This document shows, in pieces, positions 19,967 through 29,995 of a DNA stretch of 64,000 nucleotides. The notes under the pieces were generated by a model. It had not been told where the DNA came from. It made no database searches and saw only the letters and a list, made by a program, of their open reading frames with translations. The position numbers and the translations under genes were made by a program. The stretch lies in the NCBI GenBank assembly GCA_964470365.1, contig CAYYCO010000007.1, positions 207 through 64,206 on the forward strand, read 5' to 3'. The DNA is from an uncultured Anaeromyxobacteraceae bacterium. GTDB taxonomy: Bacteria; Myxococcota_A; UBA9042; DTJE01. Within the stretch, counting starts at the first letter, position 1. Every line of letters begins with the position of its first letter.

Positions 19967-21124
19967 ATGTCCGACGGATTCAAGTTCGAACTGCTGATGA
20001 CCGACCCGCGCACGGGCGCCCGCCGCGGCCGCCTGCACACGCCGCACGGCACGGTCGAAACGCCATGCTTCATGCCTGTCGGCACGCTCGGCACGGTAAA
20101 AGGGATGCTTCCCGAAAACGTGGCGGCCGCCGGTTTCGGCCTGATCCTGGGCAACACATACCACCTGTCGCTGCGTCCCGGCCCCGATATCGTCGCCGCG
20201 CACGGCGGACTGCACCGGTTCATGGGCTGGAACGGCGCGATCCTGACCGATTCCGGGGGGTTCCAGGTCTTCAGCCTGTCCCACCGCCGCAAGCTGTCGG
20301 CCGACGGCGTCGCGTTCAAGTCGCACATCAACGGCGACCCGATCGAATTCACCCCGGAATCCGTCATCGGCATCCAGGAAAAGCTGGGGTCGGACATCGC
20401 GATGGTCCTTGACGTGTGCCCGCCTTCGACGGCGCCGGTCATGGAACTGGACCGCGCGCTTGAACTGACCACGCAGTGGGCCCGCCGATGCGTTAACGCG
20501 CGCACCCGCCACGACCAGGCGGTGTTCGGCATCGTCCAGGGCGGACTGGACGTGGAACGGCGCGTCCAGCACGCGGCCGCGCTGCGTGAAATGGATTTCG
20601 AGGGATTCGCCATCGGCGGACTTTCGGTCGGCGAGCCCCCGCACCAGATGTACCCGGTCGCCGCCGCCACCGCCGCCGCCCTGCCCGTCGACAAGCCGAG
20701 GTACCTGATGGGCGTGGGCATGCCTGCCGATCTTCCAAACTGCGTCGCGGGCGGCGTCGACATGTTCGACTGCGTGTTCCCGACCAGGTGCGGGCGCAAC
20801 GGCACATACCTGACCACGATCGGCCGTCTGAACATCAAAAACACGAAATACAGGGACGACCTGTCGCCGATCGACCCCGGCTGCGACTGCCCGGTCTGCA
20901 CCCGATTCACGGCGGCCTACCTGCGCCACCTTTACATTTCGGGCGAAATCCTGTCCAACGTGCTGAACACGACGCATAACCTGCATTACTATGCCAGGTT
21001 GATGGCCGACGTGCGCGCGGCCGTGGAAAACGGGACCATCGCGGAACTGGCATCCAGGCTGATTGGCATCCACGGCAGGGATCCGATGCTGGAAGCCGGT
21101 CGTAACGGCGGGGACGCGGACTGA
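19967..21124 (+). CDS. tgt: Queuine tRNA-ribosyltransferase
   Basis: Start at MSDGFKFELL. TGT motifs TPHGTVETPCFMPVGT and LGNTYHL are present, plus the Zn site CDCPVC with a downstream His. Confidence 0.9.
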   Translation: MSDGFKFELLMTDPRTGARRGRLHTPHGTVETPCFMPVGTLGTVKGMLPENVAAAGFGLILGNTYHLSLRPGPDIVAAHGGLHRFMGWNGAILTDSGGFQVFSLSHRRKLSADGVAFKSHINGDPIEFTPESVIGIQEKLGSDIAMVLDVCPPSTAPVMELDRALELTTQWARRCVNARTRHDQAVFGIVQGGLDVERRVQHAAALREMDFEGFAIGGLSVGEPPHQMYPVAAATAAALPVDKPRYLMGVGMPADLPNCVAGGVDMFDCVFPTRCGRNGTYLTTIGRLNIKNTKYRDDLSPIDPGCDCPVCTRFTAAYLRHLYISGEILSNVLNTTHNLHYYARLMADVRAAVENGTIAELASRLIGIHGRDPMLEAGRNGGDAD

Positions 21125-21134
21125 GGTAAAACCG

Positions 21135-22217
21135 ATGGATATTGCCGAACGCAGGCGCAGGAACGTGTTCAAGGGCGGATTGCTGGCGGCGCTGCTGATC
21201 ACGACCGCCTTCGTTGCCTGGAACCGCCTTTCGGATGGCGACCGGACGAAGAAACCCGTGACTAAGGAAGGGCTTGTATACGCCGGAATACCGGCCCGCG
21301 TCGAATTCGTGCCGACGCCGTCCGCTTCAGGCCCAGAACAGGCCTGGCGCATCCTGGTTGACACCGGTAACGTCTTCAACGCGTTCGATCCCGCGTCCGA
21401 ACTGGGCCGTCTGAACGCCACTCCCGGCGCCGACGCGGTCGATGTTTCGAGGGATCTCGGCGACGCAATCGGGGGCGCGATCGGAATCAGCCAGGCTACC
21501 CAGGGCGCATTCGACATAACGGTAAGGCCGCTGAAAAAACTCTGGAAAAAGGCTGTGGAAACCGGCATCGCCCCGACCGATTACGAATTGTCGGCGGCAC
21601 TGGAAAAGATCGGCTGGGGTTACCTGAGCCTGATTCGCGCCCCTTCAAATTCATGGAAGGTGTCGCGCGGGCGGCCCGGCATGGAACTGGACCTGGGCGG
21701 CATCGTCAAGGGATGGTCGGTTGACCGGGCCGTCCAGTGGCTGACGGACAGGCGCGTGAAATCGGCGCTCGTCCAGGTCGGCGGCGAAATCGGGCTGGTG
21801 GGCCAGTCGGACACGAACCGCCCCTGGCGCATCGGGATCAGGCATCCGCTCGACGGCAACAGGAACTGGACCGTCCTTTCAATCACGGGCCGCGCCGCCG
21901 TTTCGACCAGCGGCAACTACGAACAACCCATTAAAATCGGCGGCATTGATTACTACCACATCTTCGACCCGGCGATAGGGCGGCCGATTTCAACTGACAT
22001 CCTCGGCGTCACGGTTGTGGTGACTGCCGGACAGGACATGAATGCCAGGGCGGACGGGCTTGCCACCGCCTTCGCCGTCATGGGTGTGGACAAGGCGCTG
22101 GAAACGGCTGCGACCATGAAGGGCGTGGACGTTCTGTTCATCGTGCGCGACAAGGATGGCGGAAAGCCGGTCGAACGCACGACGCCGGGATTCAAACGGT
22201 TCAGGAAGGGGTCATGA
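21135..22217 (+). CDS. apbE: FAD:protein FMN transferase (ApbE family)
   Basis: Start at MDIAERRR. N-terminal TM anchor. ApbE-like core (GGIVKGWSVDRA, SGNYE, GIDYYHIFDP). Confidence 0.8.
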   Translation: MDIAERRRRNVFKGGLLAALLITTAFVAWNRLSDGDRTKKPVTKEGLVYAGIPARVEFVPTPSASGPEQAWRILVDTGNVFNAFDPASELGRLNATPGADAVDVSRDLGDAIGGAIGISQATQGAFDITVRPLKKLWKKAVETGIAPTDYELSAALEKIGWGYLSLIRAPSNSWKVSRGRPGMELDLGGIVKGWSVDRAVQWLTDRRVKSALVQVGGEIGLVGQSDTNRPWRIGIRHPLDGNRNWTVLSITGRAAVSTSGNYEQPIKIGGIDYYHIFDPAIGRPISTDILGVTVVVTAGQDMNARADGLATAFAVMGVDKALETAATMKGVDVLFIVRDKDGGKPVERTTPGFKRFRKGS

Positions 22218-22218
22218 A

Positions 22219-23280
22219 ATGAAACGAAGACTTCTGCTGACAGTCCTGGCATTCACCGCGCTCTCCACGTCCTGCGGCGGGGCCGGCTCGCCTGACGTGA
22301 CTGACGCGCCGGACGCCGGCGACAGTGTTTCCATGGACACCTTCGACCCGTTTCCGATGGACAACCTCATCAGAATCAACCAGATACAGGTCCTGGGCAC
22401 GCACAACAGCTATCACATCAGTTCGGTCGAGGACGGCACGGCCTCCGAAATCAACTATACCCACCCGCCGATCGCCGACCAGCTTGAAACATACGGTGTC
22501 AGGCAGCTTGAACTGGACATCTGGGAAACCGAAGAAGGCCTTTTCCGCTGCATCCACCTGATATTCATCGACGAAAAATCGCACTGCGACAACATCCGGG
22601 ACTGCCTCACGGCCGCCAGGGAATGGTCCGAGGCGCACCCGGGGCACGTCCCGATCGTGCTTGTCATCGAAATCAAGCAGGCGTACGGCGTCGATTACGA
22701 CAACGTTCAGGGCATCGTCGATTCAGGTTTCTACACCAGGTTGCACCAGATGTTCATCGAAACGCTGGGGCAGGACCGGATCATCACGCCTGATTCGGTC
22801 CGCGGCGACCACGCCACCCTGCGTGAAGCACTCGCGACGGACGGCTGGCCGACCCTCGGCCACTCGCGCGGAAAATTCCTGCTGGTCCTGAACACGACGT
22901 CCGAACGGGCCGGGCTGCGCGATGCATACATCCAGCAGTTCCCCGGGCTGCGCGGCGGCCTGCTGTTCGCAAAGGAAACCGACGCCGATTTCGGCACCGT
23001 GGTCGAACTGAACCGCGTGACCAGGGACGCAGACGCAATTTCAACCGCGCTGGCCGACAATTACATGGTCAGGGGTGCGGCCGACGGCATCGGCTGGGAC
23101 GATCCCACCATTGCCGAACTGGCGCCAATCACGCCTTCATACGGTGTCCACTGGGTCAACACCGATTTCCTGACGCCTCAGCCCGGCCGGACCCACGTCA
23201 TCGACTGGCCCGTGGAACACCCGGTACTGTGTAATCCGGTGAACGCCCCCGCGGGCTGTGAAGACTGGATGCTGGAATAG
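22219..23280 (+). CDS. PI-PLC-like (PLC-type phosphodiesterase) lipoprotein
   Basis: Start at MKRRLLLTVLAFTALSTSCGG (lipobox). The VLGTHNSYH motif is typical of the PLC-like phosphodiesterase TIM-barrel superfamily (Ca-dependent PI-PLC type). Family assignment is by motif only. Confidence 0.55.
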   Translation: MKRRLLLTVLAFTALSTSCGGAGSPDVTDAPDAGDSVSMDTFDPFPMDNLIRINQIQVLGTHNSYHISSVEDGTASEINYTHPPIADQLETYGVRQLELDIWETEEGLFRCIHLIFIDEKSHCDNIRDCLTAAREWSEAHPGHVPIVLVIEIKQAYGVDYDNVQGIVDSGFYTRLHQMFIETLGQDRIITPDSVRGDHATLREALATDGWPTLGHSRGKFLLVLNTTSERAGLRDAYIQQFPGLRGGLLFAKETDADFGTVVELNRVTRDADAISTALADNYMVRGAADGIGWDDPTIAELAPITPSYGVHWVNTDFLTPQPGRTHVIDWPVEHPVLCNPVNAPAGCEDWMLE

Positions 23281-23308
23281 CGCCGCAACAGACAGACGCC
23301 ACGGACCG

Positions 23309-26300
23309 TCAGGGTTTCGTCAGCCTGAATTCCACGCCGACAGGGAAGTGGTCGGACGGCCAGATGCCGTCATAAGAAGATTTAATGACTTCCGCGGACA
23401 CTGCCTTGAAGCCATCGTTGTGCAGAATCCAATCGATCCTTTCGCCACTCGAAATGCCGTCAAACCCGTGGAAAGTCCCCTCTTCCGGAAGCCCCAGCTC
23501 GACCCACGGGTCGATCAGGTTTCCGGTCACGCCCTCCCATTCGGCCGTTCCGGTCATCACGCCGTAAGTGGTCGAGTCAACGCCGCAGTTGAAATCGCCC
23601 GCCAGGAACGCCGGCCGGCCACCGCCCAGAAGCTGCATCTGTTCAAGCGTTATGACCGCCATTTCTTCGCGGATGCCGTCGACCGAAGTGTGGTCGAAGT
23701 GCGTGGAAAACACGTCGAATTCGAAATTGTCGGCAAGCCGCCGGAAGTGTCCCCAGGTGACGGCCCGCGGGAAAAGCTGGTCGACGTCATCGACCATCGT
23801 CCCGATTTCGTCCGGCGTGGCGCTCAGGGCAAACGTCTTTGTTTCAATCATTTCATAACGATCGGTCCGGTAGAAGATCCCGTTGTATTCGTCGACGAAG
23901 TTCTGGGAACGCTTTTCGCCGATCCACACCATGTTGGCCACGTTGTCCTTGATGAAGTCCATCGTTTCCACATAGCCTTCCTGGACGACCATGATGTCCG
24001 GCACGAATTCGTTAATCACGTTCAGGACGGGCTGCTGCCTTTCAGTCCAGCGCTTCCCCGGTTCCGAATCGAACGGCAGGCGCAGATTAAATGACAGGAA
24101 CCGGATGTTCTGGTCATAACGAACGGGAACTTCAGGCACTTCGACAACCTTGATCTCATTTCCATCAAGGTCCAGGATCCGGACCTTCATGACGTCACAA
24201 CCGGCTTCGACGATGGCCATCGGCGGGATTTCGTAAATACCCTGCCACCCTTCCGGAATCGCATCGCTGGGTTCGCAGACGTCGGCGTCCATGTTGCCCG
24301 CGAGTCCGCCGATCGTGAACATGTACACGTTGTTGTCCACGCCCCACTCGATGCCGTGCATGTGACCGTGGAAACTCGCCTGGATTCCCGCTTCCTTCAG
24401 CATCGGGGCCATCGCGACCTTCAGGCAGTCCTCGCCGTCGAATTCACACTCGCTGCCCCACTGGATCGCGTATGCGGGCTGGTGGATGAAGAACAGCTTC
24501 CACTGGGCCGTCTTGAATTCTTCGGTCTGGAACTGCTGCCGGAACCAGCCAACCTCGCCCCAGTCCGAATCGGGCATTGAAAGATAGAAATCCCTGATCC
24601 AGCCGCCGCCCAGCCAGACGTTCCCGATGCGCCGCGACCACCAGCCTTCCCCGAGGCCGTTTTCGATTTCGGCGACGTTACCCTGCGGCAACACGAACGA
24701 ATCGAAGTACCCCGGGGCGTTCTTTTCGTCATGATTGCCGGGAACAGCCCAGATGTTGACGCGGCTGCCAAGGTCCTGCCAGCCCTTGAATGTGATGTCG
24801 AATTCCTCTGGAAGTCCCGCCCCGGAAAGATCACCGACGCCAATCGCGAAATCGACGCCTTCGGCAAGGGCGATTTCGGACATCTTCCGCGTGTTTTCCT
24901 CGTTCGTGTGCGCGTCCGCGAACATGGCGAATTTCATCGGGACCGGGCCGTCCGGCATCGTCCGGAACGAAAGATCCGCCGTCGATTCCGCACCGACGCG
25001 CGCCCTGTACGAAATTTCCGTGGCTGGCGGCAGGCGGTCGATCTTCACTTCATACTGGCCGTTGAGGTCGGCCAGGCCGCATCTGGTGCGCGTCTGGTCG
25101 GCCCACCAGTAGTCGACGCAACCCTCATCCGTCACCGGCGTGGCGGTCCGCCAGACGATCGTGACGGTGTCGCGGTCGGACATCTGAATCATCGGTCCAC
25201 GCTTGAACGTCGCATCGCTGACGGGAATCCACGCCGCGCCGGTTCCCGTGCCCTCGCATCCCGATTCCCACACGAACCCCGGTCCCTCGCCGATCACCGC
25301 CATCGCGCGCGCCAGGAAATCCCGCATGACATCGCCGGTCGGAAGCCTGTTGGCAGATTCGATTTCCACCATGACGGCAGCAAATGTATCGAGTTTTTCG
25401 GCCGGCACCGCGCGCCCCGCCGCCATTTCGCCGATCACATCCAGCACGATGGCGCCGGCCGCACCGTACCTGCCAAGCTGATCGACCCACGGCTGAAGTG
25501 AGCCACGAAGTTCGTCCGACGGTCCCGGCTGCGCCCACATGTCCGGAAGCGCCGCAAATTCGGCGAACCGGGCCGCCAGCGTTGTCGGGTCAGGCGTCGC
25601 GCCCGAATCCCACGCTGCCCAGTAAGCAGTTGTCGCGGTCAGCAGGTCAGGCGCCATCGATTCATTGAAGGTATTCGACACGTTCACGCGGGCCATCAGG
25701 TCAAGCGCGGACGCGCCGTCTGCCGATCCGCCCAGCATCCGGGACATGGCGCCAACCGATTCCCACGGTTCGTAACCGGCGGCGTTCCACGCGTAGTCGG
25801 CGCACGTCGCCAGGGCCGGCAGCGAAGGGAACGGGAAAGGCATCGGGTTGAACAGGATACCGTCGAGGTGTTCCGGGAGATCGGCTGCCCTGCCCTGGAG
25901 CGGCCCCAGAAAAACCGTCGAACCGCTGTTGTCGATAACCGGATAATTGTCGCCCAGAAGAGGCTTGCGCTTGATCCAGGCGGCCACGGCGTCGGCGTCG
26001 GCGGCTGTGATGGTTTCGGGGATGACCTCGGTGCCGGTCCATCCGATACCGACATATTCAGGGATCTGCGAACCGGCAAGCGTGAGCGTGGTCGACGCCG
26101 TTTCCGCATTGCTCCAGTAGTCCGTCGGGACCCAGCCAAGCACGAGGTCGGGCATTTCGGCGTGGATGGCCTCAAACGCCCTCTTCGAAAAGTCTATCGC
26201 GGCTTCGTCGTACGAAGCATACGCAGCCAGGTCATCACCATGCAGTTCCTTTTTCGTGTCGTCGAAACTGAGGCTGAAGAGATCGAATCCAGCGTCCCTG

Positions 26301-27181
26301 AAAACCCTGACCTTATCCAGGAACACCGCCATGTCGGCATCGCTGGAAAAGACTATCGAACCTTCGTCAATCCTGAGCTGGACGCCAGGCATCATACCGG
26401 CCGCCTTGATGCCTGCGGTCATGCGGCCAAGCATCGCGATGTAGTCGGCCGGCCATTCCCCGGACCAGTAAGTGCCGACCCAGTCGGTGTAGATGTCCAT
26501 CTTCCCGGCGTAGATGTACTGGTTGAATTTCATGTCGGCCAGGTACGGCATCAACGCGAGGCGGTCCGCCTCGGAATACACCGGACCGTAGAACGTCTCG
26601 ATTACGCCGCGGAATTTCGACGCGGGCGCGTCGGCGATGAACAGTTCGGAACCGGCCAGGTGGCCCGGAATCTGGCGGACGGTCTTCCAGGCCCACAGCC
26701 TTCCACGATCGGAAGCGGCCACGATATGCACCGACTGATTGCCGCCGCCGTCCACGCTCCAGCGGACGATGTACGCCTCATCGCTTTCGGGTATCGCCGG
26801 CGCGCAGTCAGCGACGACCGCGGCCCATTCGGCGGAATCATGAACGAACACCGCCAGGCCGGCGGTACGGACGTATCCGCGGACCAGCCCCAGCGAAGAT
26901 TCCAGGAACGTCATTTCGGCATCGTCCATGTCGTCGCCGCCAATAAGCCCGGAAGACGCCGATTCCATTGCCGGCACCATTCCGGCGTTCCACGTCATTT
27001 CAACCACGGGCCGCGGCAGCGCGCCCGAACGCGATGCCACTGCATCGGCCGCCGGGCACCAGTCGACGTCGGGCGTGACAACGACGTCCGCCGACGCCAG
27101 GTCGTCCATGACGTCTTCGCCCCCGACGGGCCCGGAACACGCGGCAAGAAGAACCAGGAACGACAGAATCGACTTTTTCAT
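23309..27181 (-). CDS. 1290-aa multidomain lipoprotein: GH84-like beta-N-acetylglucosaminidase + purple-acid-phosphatase-like metallophosphoesterase + endonuclease/exonuclease/phosphatase (EEP) domain
   Basis: Lipobox MKKSILSFLVLLAACSG. GH84 hallmark FRGVIETFYGP...YIYAGKMD...FSLSFDD at aa ~189-330. A PAP N-terminal-like segment sits at aa ~660-730. Metallophosphatase motifs are FADAHTNEEN, GVGDLSGAG, VPGNHDE and GHMHG. The C-terminal EEP motifs are IRFLSFNLR, AGDFNCG and SDHFPV. Confidence 0.75.
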   Translation of the reverse strand: MKKSILSFLVLLAACSGPVGGEDVMDDLASADVVVTPDVDWCPAADAVASRSGALPRPVVEMTWNAGMVPAMESASSGLIGGDDMDDAEMTFLESSLGLVRGYVRTAGLAVFVHDSAEWAAVVADCAPAIPESDEAYIVRWSVDGGGNQSVHIVAASDRGRLWAWKTVRQIPGHLAGSELFIADAPASKFRGVIETFYGPVYSEADRLALMPYLADMKFNQYIYAGKMDIYTDWVGTYWSGEWPADYIAMLGRMTAGIKAAGMMPGVQLRIDEGSIVFSSDADMAVFLDKVRVFRDAGFDLFSLSFDDTKKELHGDDLAAYASYDEAAIDFSKRAFEAIHAEMPDLVLGWVPTDYWSNAETASTTLTLAGSQIPEYVGIGWTGTEVIPETITAADADAVAAWIKRKPLLGDNYPVIDNSGSTVFLGPLQGRAADLPEHLDGILFNPMPFPFPSLPALATCADYAWNAAGYEPWESVGAMSRMLGGSADGASALDLMARVNVSNTFNESMAPDLLTATTAYWAAWDSGATPDPTTLAARFAEFAALPDMWAQPGPSDELRGSLQPWVDQLGRYGAAGAIVLDVIGEMAAGRAVPAEKLDTFAAVMVEIESANRLPTGDVMRDFLARAMAVIGEGPGFVWESGCEGTGTGAAWIPVSDATFKRGPMIQMSDRDTVTIVWRTATPVTDEGCVDYWWADQTRTRCGLADLNGQYEVKIDRLPPATEISYRARVGAESTADLSFRTMPDGPVPMKFAMFADAHTNEENTRKMSEIALAEGVDFAIGVGDLSGAGLPEEFDITFKGWQDLGSRVNIWAVPGNHDEKNAPGYFDSFVLPQGNVAEIENGLGEGWWSRRIGNVWLGGGWIRDFYLSMPDSDWGEVGWFRQQFQTEEFKTAQWKLFFIHQPAYAIQWGSECEFDGEDCLKVAMAPMLKEAGIQASFHGHMHGIEWGVDNNVYMFTIGGLAGNMDADVCEPSDAIPEGWQGIYEIPPMAIVEAGCDVMKVRILDLDGNEIKVVEVPEVPVRYDQNIRFLSFNLRLPFDSEPGKRWTERQQPVLNVINEFVPDIMVVQEGYVETMDFIKDNVANMVWIGEKRSQNFVDEYNGIFYRTDRYEMIETKTFALSATPDEIGTMVDDVDQLFPRAVTWGHFRRLADNFEFDVFSTHFDHTSVDGIREEMAVITLEQMQLLGGGRPAFLAGDFNCGVDSTTYGVMTGTAEWEGVTGNLIDPWVELGLPEEGTFHGFDGISSGERIDWILHNDGFKAVSAEVIKSSYDGIWPSDHFPVGVEFRLTKP

Positions 27182-27238
27182 TTGATTACAACACCTCGAA
27201 GTCCCGACTGGAATGTTTAACAGATTCGCACCCTCGCC

Positions 27239-28174
27239 TCAAGGACGCCGTGGCTCGATCCGGGTTGTGCCGTCCCCGTCCCGCCGCCCGATGAAAGGTA
27301 CCGCCGCCGACGCGAGAATCACGAACAGAGCGCCCACTATTCCGTGAAGCGTTATTTTTTCCGAAAACGCCGCCACGCCGATCACATATGAAAACAATGG
27401 ATTGAAGAACGAAAACGGACTGACCATCGATGCCCGCGCGCGGGCGTATGCCGCCGTCATCATGAGCTGGCCGAGGATCCCGAACAGGCCCACGCAAATC
27501 AGCGTCGTCAGCGTCCATGGGCTGCGCAGATGTCCGATGACGGACGGGATGTCCATGCCGCTCCACCCCGTGAGAATGTCCACACCGATCGCGACTATCG
27601 CGAACAGGGTTCCCCAGACCGAAAAGTAAAACACGATGATGGCCGACGATTCGGTCGCGGAAAGCTGCTTTACCGTGACATAGGCAAGCGCGGAAAGGAC
27701 CGCCGAAACCAGGGTCAGCCCGGCCCAGAGGCCCGAAGCCCCCATGTCGGGGCCCACGAGGATCGCAACCCCCGCGAACGCGGCCACCGCGGGCGCCAGG
27801 ACGTGCATCGCCCTGTGTTCCTTCAGGATCAACGCCGAAAAGACGACCGTGAACACCGGTGAGGACTGGTTAAGTACGACGGCAGTCGACAGCGGCAGTT
27901 TTTCGATGCCCAGGAAAAAAAGGCACATGGCGCAGAAACCGAGAAGGGATCGGCGGAACAGCAACGGATGCCTGCCGGACCGCAGCGATCCCTGCCTGAC
28001 CAGGACCAGTATGCCCAGGGGAACAATTCCCGTGATGCTTCGGAAGAACAGCGAAACCACGAACGGCATATCGACGGTCGATGCCTTGACGCACGCACCC
28101 ATCAGCGCGAACGCCAGCGACGAGCCGACCATCAGCATCACCGCCGCATAGGGTCGCGGACGCGCCTGATTCAC
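27239..28174 (-). CDS. DMT-superfamily (EamA-like) transporter
   Basis: 311 aa with ~10 TM helices and two EamA-like halves. Confidence 0.8.
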   Translation of the reverse strand: MNQARPRPYAAVMLMVGSSLAFALMGACVKASTVDMPFVVSLFFRSITGIVPLGILVLVRQGSLRSGRHPLLFRRSLLGFCAMCLFFLGIEKLPLSTAVVLNQSSPVFTVVFSALILKEHRAMHVLAPAVAAFAGVAILVGPDMGASGLWAGLTLVSAVLSALAYVTVKQLSATESSAIIVFYFSVWGTLFAIVAIGVDILTGWSGMDIPSVIGHLRSPWTLTTLICVGLFGILGQLMMTAAYARARASMVSPFSFFNPLFSYVIGVAAFSEKITLHGIVGALFVILASAAVPFIGRRDGDGTTRIEPRRP

Positions 28175-28209
28175 ATTGATCTGTTCCAGACTTGTGTTTT
28201 CCAGCGGTT

Positions 28210-29097
28210 TCAGCGCGTGACCTTCTTGCCGCGGTTTCCGCCGATGATACCGGTCTTGATTTCGATCAGCTTCTTGTTTTTCGGGGTTCCGCCGTTGCCC
28301 TTTTTCACCGCCTGGACCGGGGCGGCGGGTTCATAGACCGCCGGGACGACCGCCGCGACGAGCATTTCCGGGTCCGGGGTCCTGGCGGAGCGCAGCGTGT
28401 CCGCGCCCCAGGCGACCGGTGCCGAAAGGATCATGCCGCCACGCGCGCGTTCCAGATTGGAATCGGTGGCGAAAACAACCGGTTCCACACGAGGCATCGT
28501 GAACCACACGACGGCGCCACCGACCACAAGCACGGCCGCAACCACACCGAATATCCAGCCCCTGCCGCCCTTTTTTTCCGCGGGCATTGACGTTGTCTGG
28601 GCCTGGGCCCTCGGTTTCGCCGCCTCTTCCTTCTGGCGCTGACGCGCCTCGTATTCCTTCAGCGCGGCTTCACGTTTGCGGCGTTCCTCTTCGACACGGG
28701 CCCGCCCCTCGGCGGCCCTCCGGCGATCCTCTTCCTCGCGGGCAAGCCTGGCGGCGTCCTGCTGCACCTTGAGGGCGCCCATCAAGGCCGCGGCCTCGTT
28801 GTTGACCTCGTCCTTGGAACGTTCAAGTATGCCCTTCAGCACACCCTTGGCCGCGTCGGGCGAACCGTGAACCGGCGGCAGATCCAGCGCCTTCATCGCG
28901 CCCGTTGGCGGAGGCGGAGGCATCGCGCCGCCTGCCGGCGGTGGTGGCGGAACATCGGGAATTGCCGGAACGTCGGGGATTTCCGGGACGGCCGGGGCGC
29001 CGGTGGCACCGCCGGCATTCCCGGCGTCGTTCACCGTGCCCGCGCCGGACTGGATTCCAACGTCTTCCTGACCTTTCGTCTTCTTCTTTTTCGCCAT
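28210..29097 (-). CDS. Hypothetical Pro-rich / coiled-coil single-pass membrane protein
   Basis: Start at MAKKKKTKGQ. Pro-rich PEIPDVPAIPDVPPPPPAGGAMPPPPP region, then a highly charged E/R/K coiled coil and a single TM (GWIFGVVAAVLVVGGAVVWF). Confidence 0.45.
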   Translation of the reverse strand: MAKKKKTKGQEDVGIQSGAGTVNDAGNAGGATGAPAVPEIPDVPAIPDVPPPPPAGGAMPPPPPTGAMKALDLPPVHGSPDAAKGVLKGILERSKDEVNNEAAALMGALKVQQDAARLAREEEDRRRAAEGRARVEEERRKREAALKEYEARQRQKEEAAKPRAQAQTTSMPAEKKGGRGWIFGVVAAVLVVGGAVVWFTMPRVEPVVFATDSNLERARGGMILSAPVAWGADTLRSARTPDPEMLVAAVVPAVYEPAAPVQAVKKGNGGTPKNKKLIEIKTGIIGGNRGKKVTR

Positions 29098-29215
29098 TTC
29101 ACCTGACCCGCATCGGCAAACTGAAAGCCCGTACAACAATCCGCCGAGATGTTATTGTCCCCCGCGACATGAGTCAACCGCATCATTGAACAAATCAGCA
29201 GAACAGCGGCCGGAA

Positions 29216-29986
29216 TCATTCCCAGGGCGCGCAGCCCCAGCGCAGGAACTTCGCCCTTACGCGCAGCACGTTTTCAGGATAGTTGAAATTCTGGGGAATC
29301 GTGGATTTTTTCCTGGCCCTGCCGGGCATGCCGAAACCGGCGTTGTACGCCGAAAGCCCCAAAACCATGCGGTTGTCGAAACGCTTCAGGAACCTGGACA
29401 GGATTATTGCGCCGCACCTGGCGTTTTCCAGTGGGTCCAGCAGGTCCCCGCAGCCAAGCCTCGCGGCCGGTCCAGCCATCACCTGCATCAGGCCGATAGC
29501 CCCCGCGTAAGAAATCACATTCACGGTCAGGGAGCTTTCAACACGCATGATCCCGAAGAGAAGCGCCGGGTCCAGGCCGGCCTCCGTGCCTGCCTTCACG
29601 GCAACGGCCCACGCATCCGCACACGAGATCCGGCGCTGGACGAAGTCGAAAGTCTCGGCCTCACGCCGCGGTCGGGCATCTGTCGACACGGCCTGCCTGA
29701 CGAACCCGGAGGGAATTTCGAATGGCCTCGACCTGGCCGACACCGGGTCAAGGTCCAACGGCAGCCAGCCGGGTGGCGCGGGGGGAATTTCCTGCGGGGC
29801 CGACCGCACGTCGTCCCGCACCGACGCGGCATTGACCGAAGGATAAACCGAGGCGCAGCCGGTGACGCAAAGCAACGCGCAGAAACCAGCGGCGATCGAC
29901 AAATCCGCGATATTGAACAAAACTGTCATCGGTATCGTCCGGCCGGGCAAACGAAAATTCGCCCATTTCCGTAATCGTTTTATCAT
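29216..29986 (-). CDS. Lytic transglycosylase (SLT domain) lipoprotein
   Basis: Start chosen at MIKRLRKWANFRL...FCALLCVTGCAS (positive n-region and lipobox). Met 29929 is an alternative start. SLT motif ESSLTVNVISYAGAIGLMQV...GLSAYNAG. Confidence 0.7.
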   Translation of the reverse strand: MIKRLRKWANFRLPGRTIPMTVLFNIADLSIAAGFCALLCVTGCASVYPSVNAASVRDDVRSAPQEIPPAPPGWLPLDLDPVSARSRPFEIPSGFVRQAVSTDARPRREAETFDFVQRRISCADAWAVAVKAGTEAGLDPALLFGIMRVESSLTVNVISYAGAIGLMQVMAGPAARLGCGDLLDPLENARCGAIILSRFLKRFDNRMVLGLSAYNAGFGMPGRARKKSTIPQNFNYPENVLRVRAKFLRWGCAPWE

Positions 29987-29995
29987 AAGTCCGCG

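Noticed and set aside
29929-29986. Longer N-terminus for the lytic transglycosylase (track ORF extends to 30391), or a shorter one starting at Met 29929.
   Set aside because: The 30391 start would overlap the divergent Lys-rich protein gene by ~400 nt and adds only Arg/Gly-rich sequence. Met 29986 gives a proper positive n-region plus lipobox. Met 29929 lacks a charged n-region but cannot be excluded.
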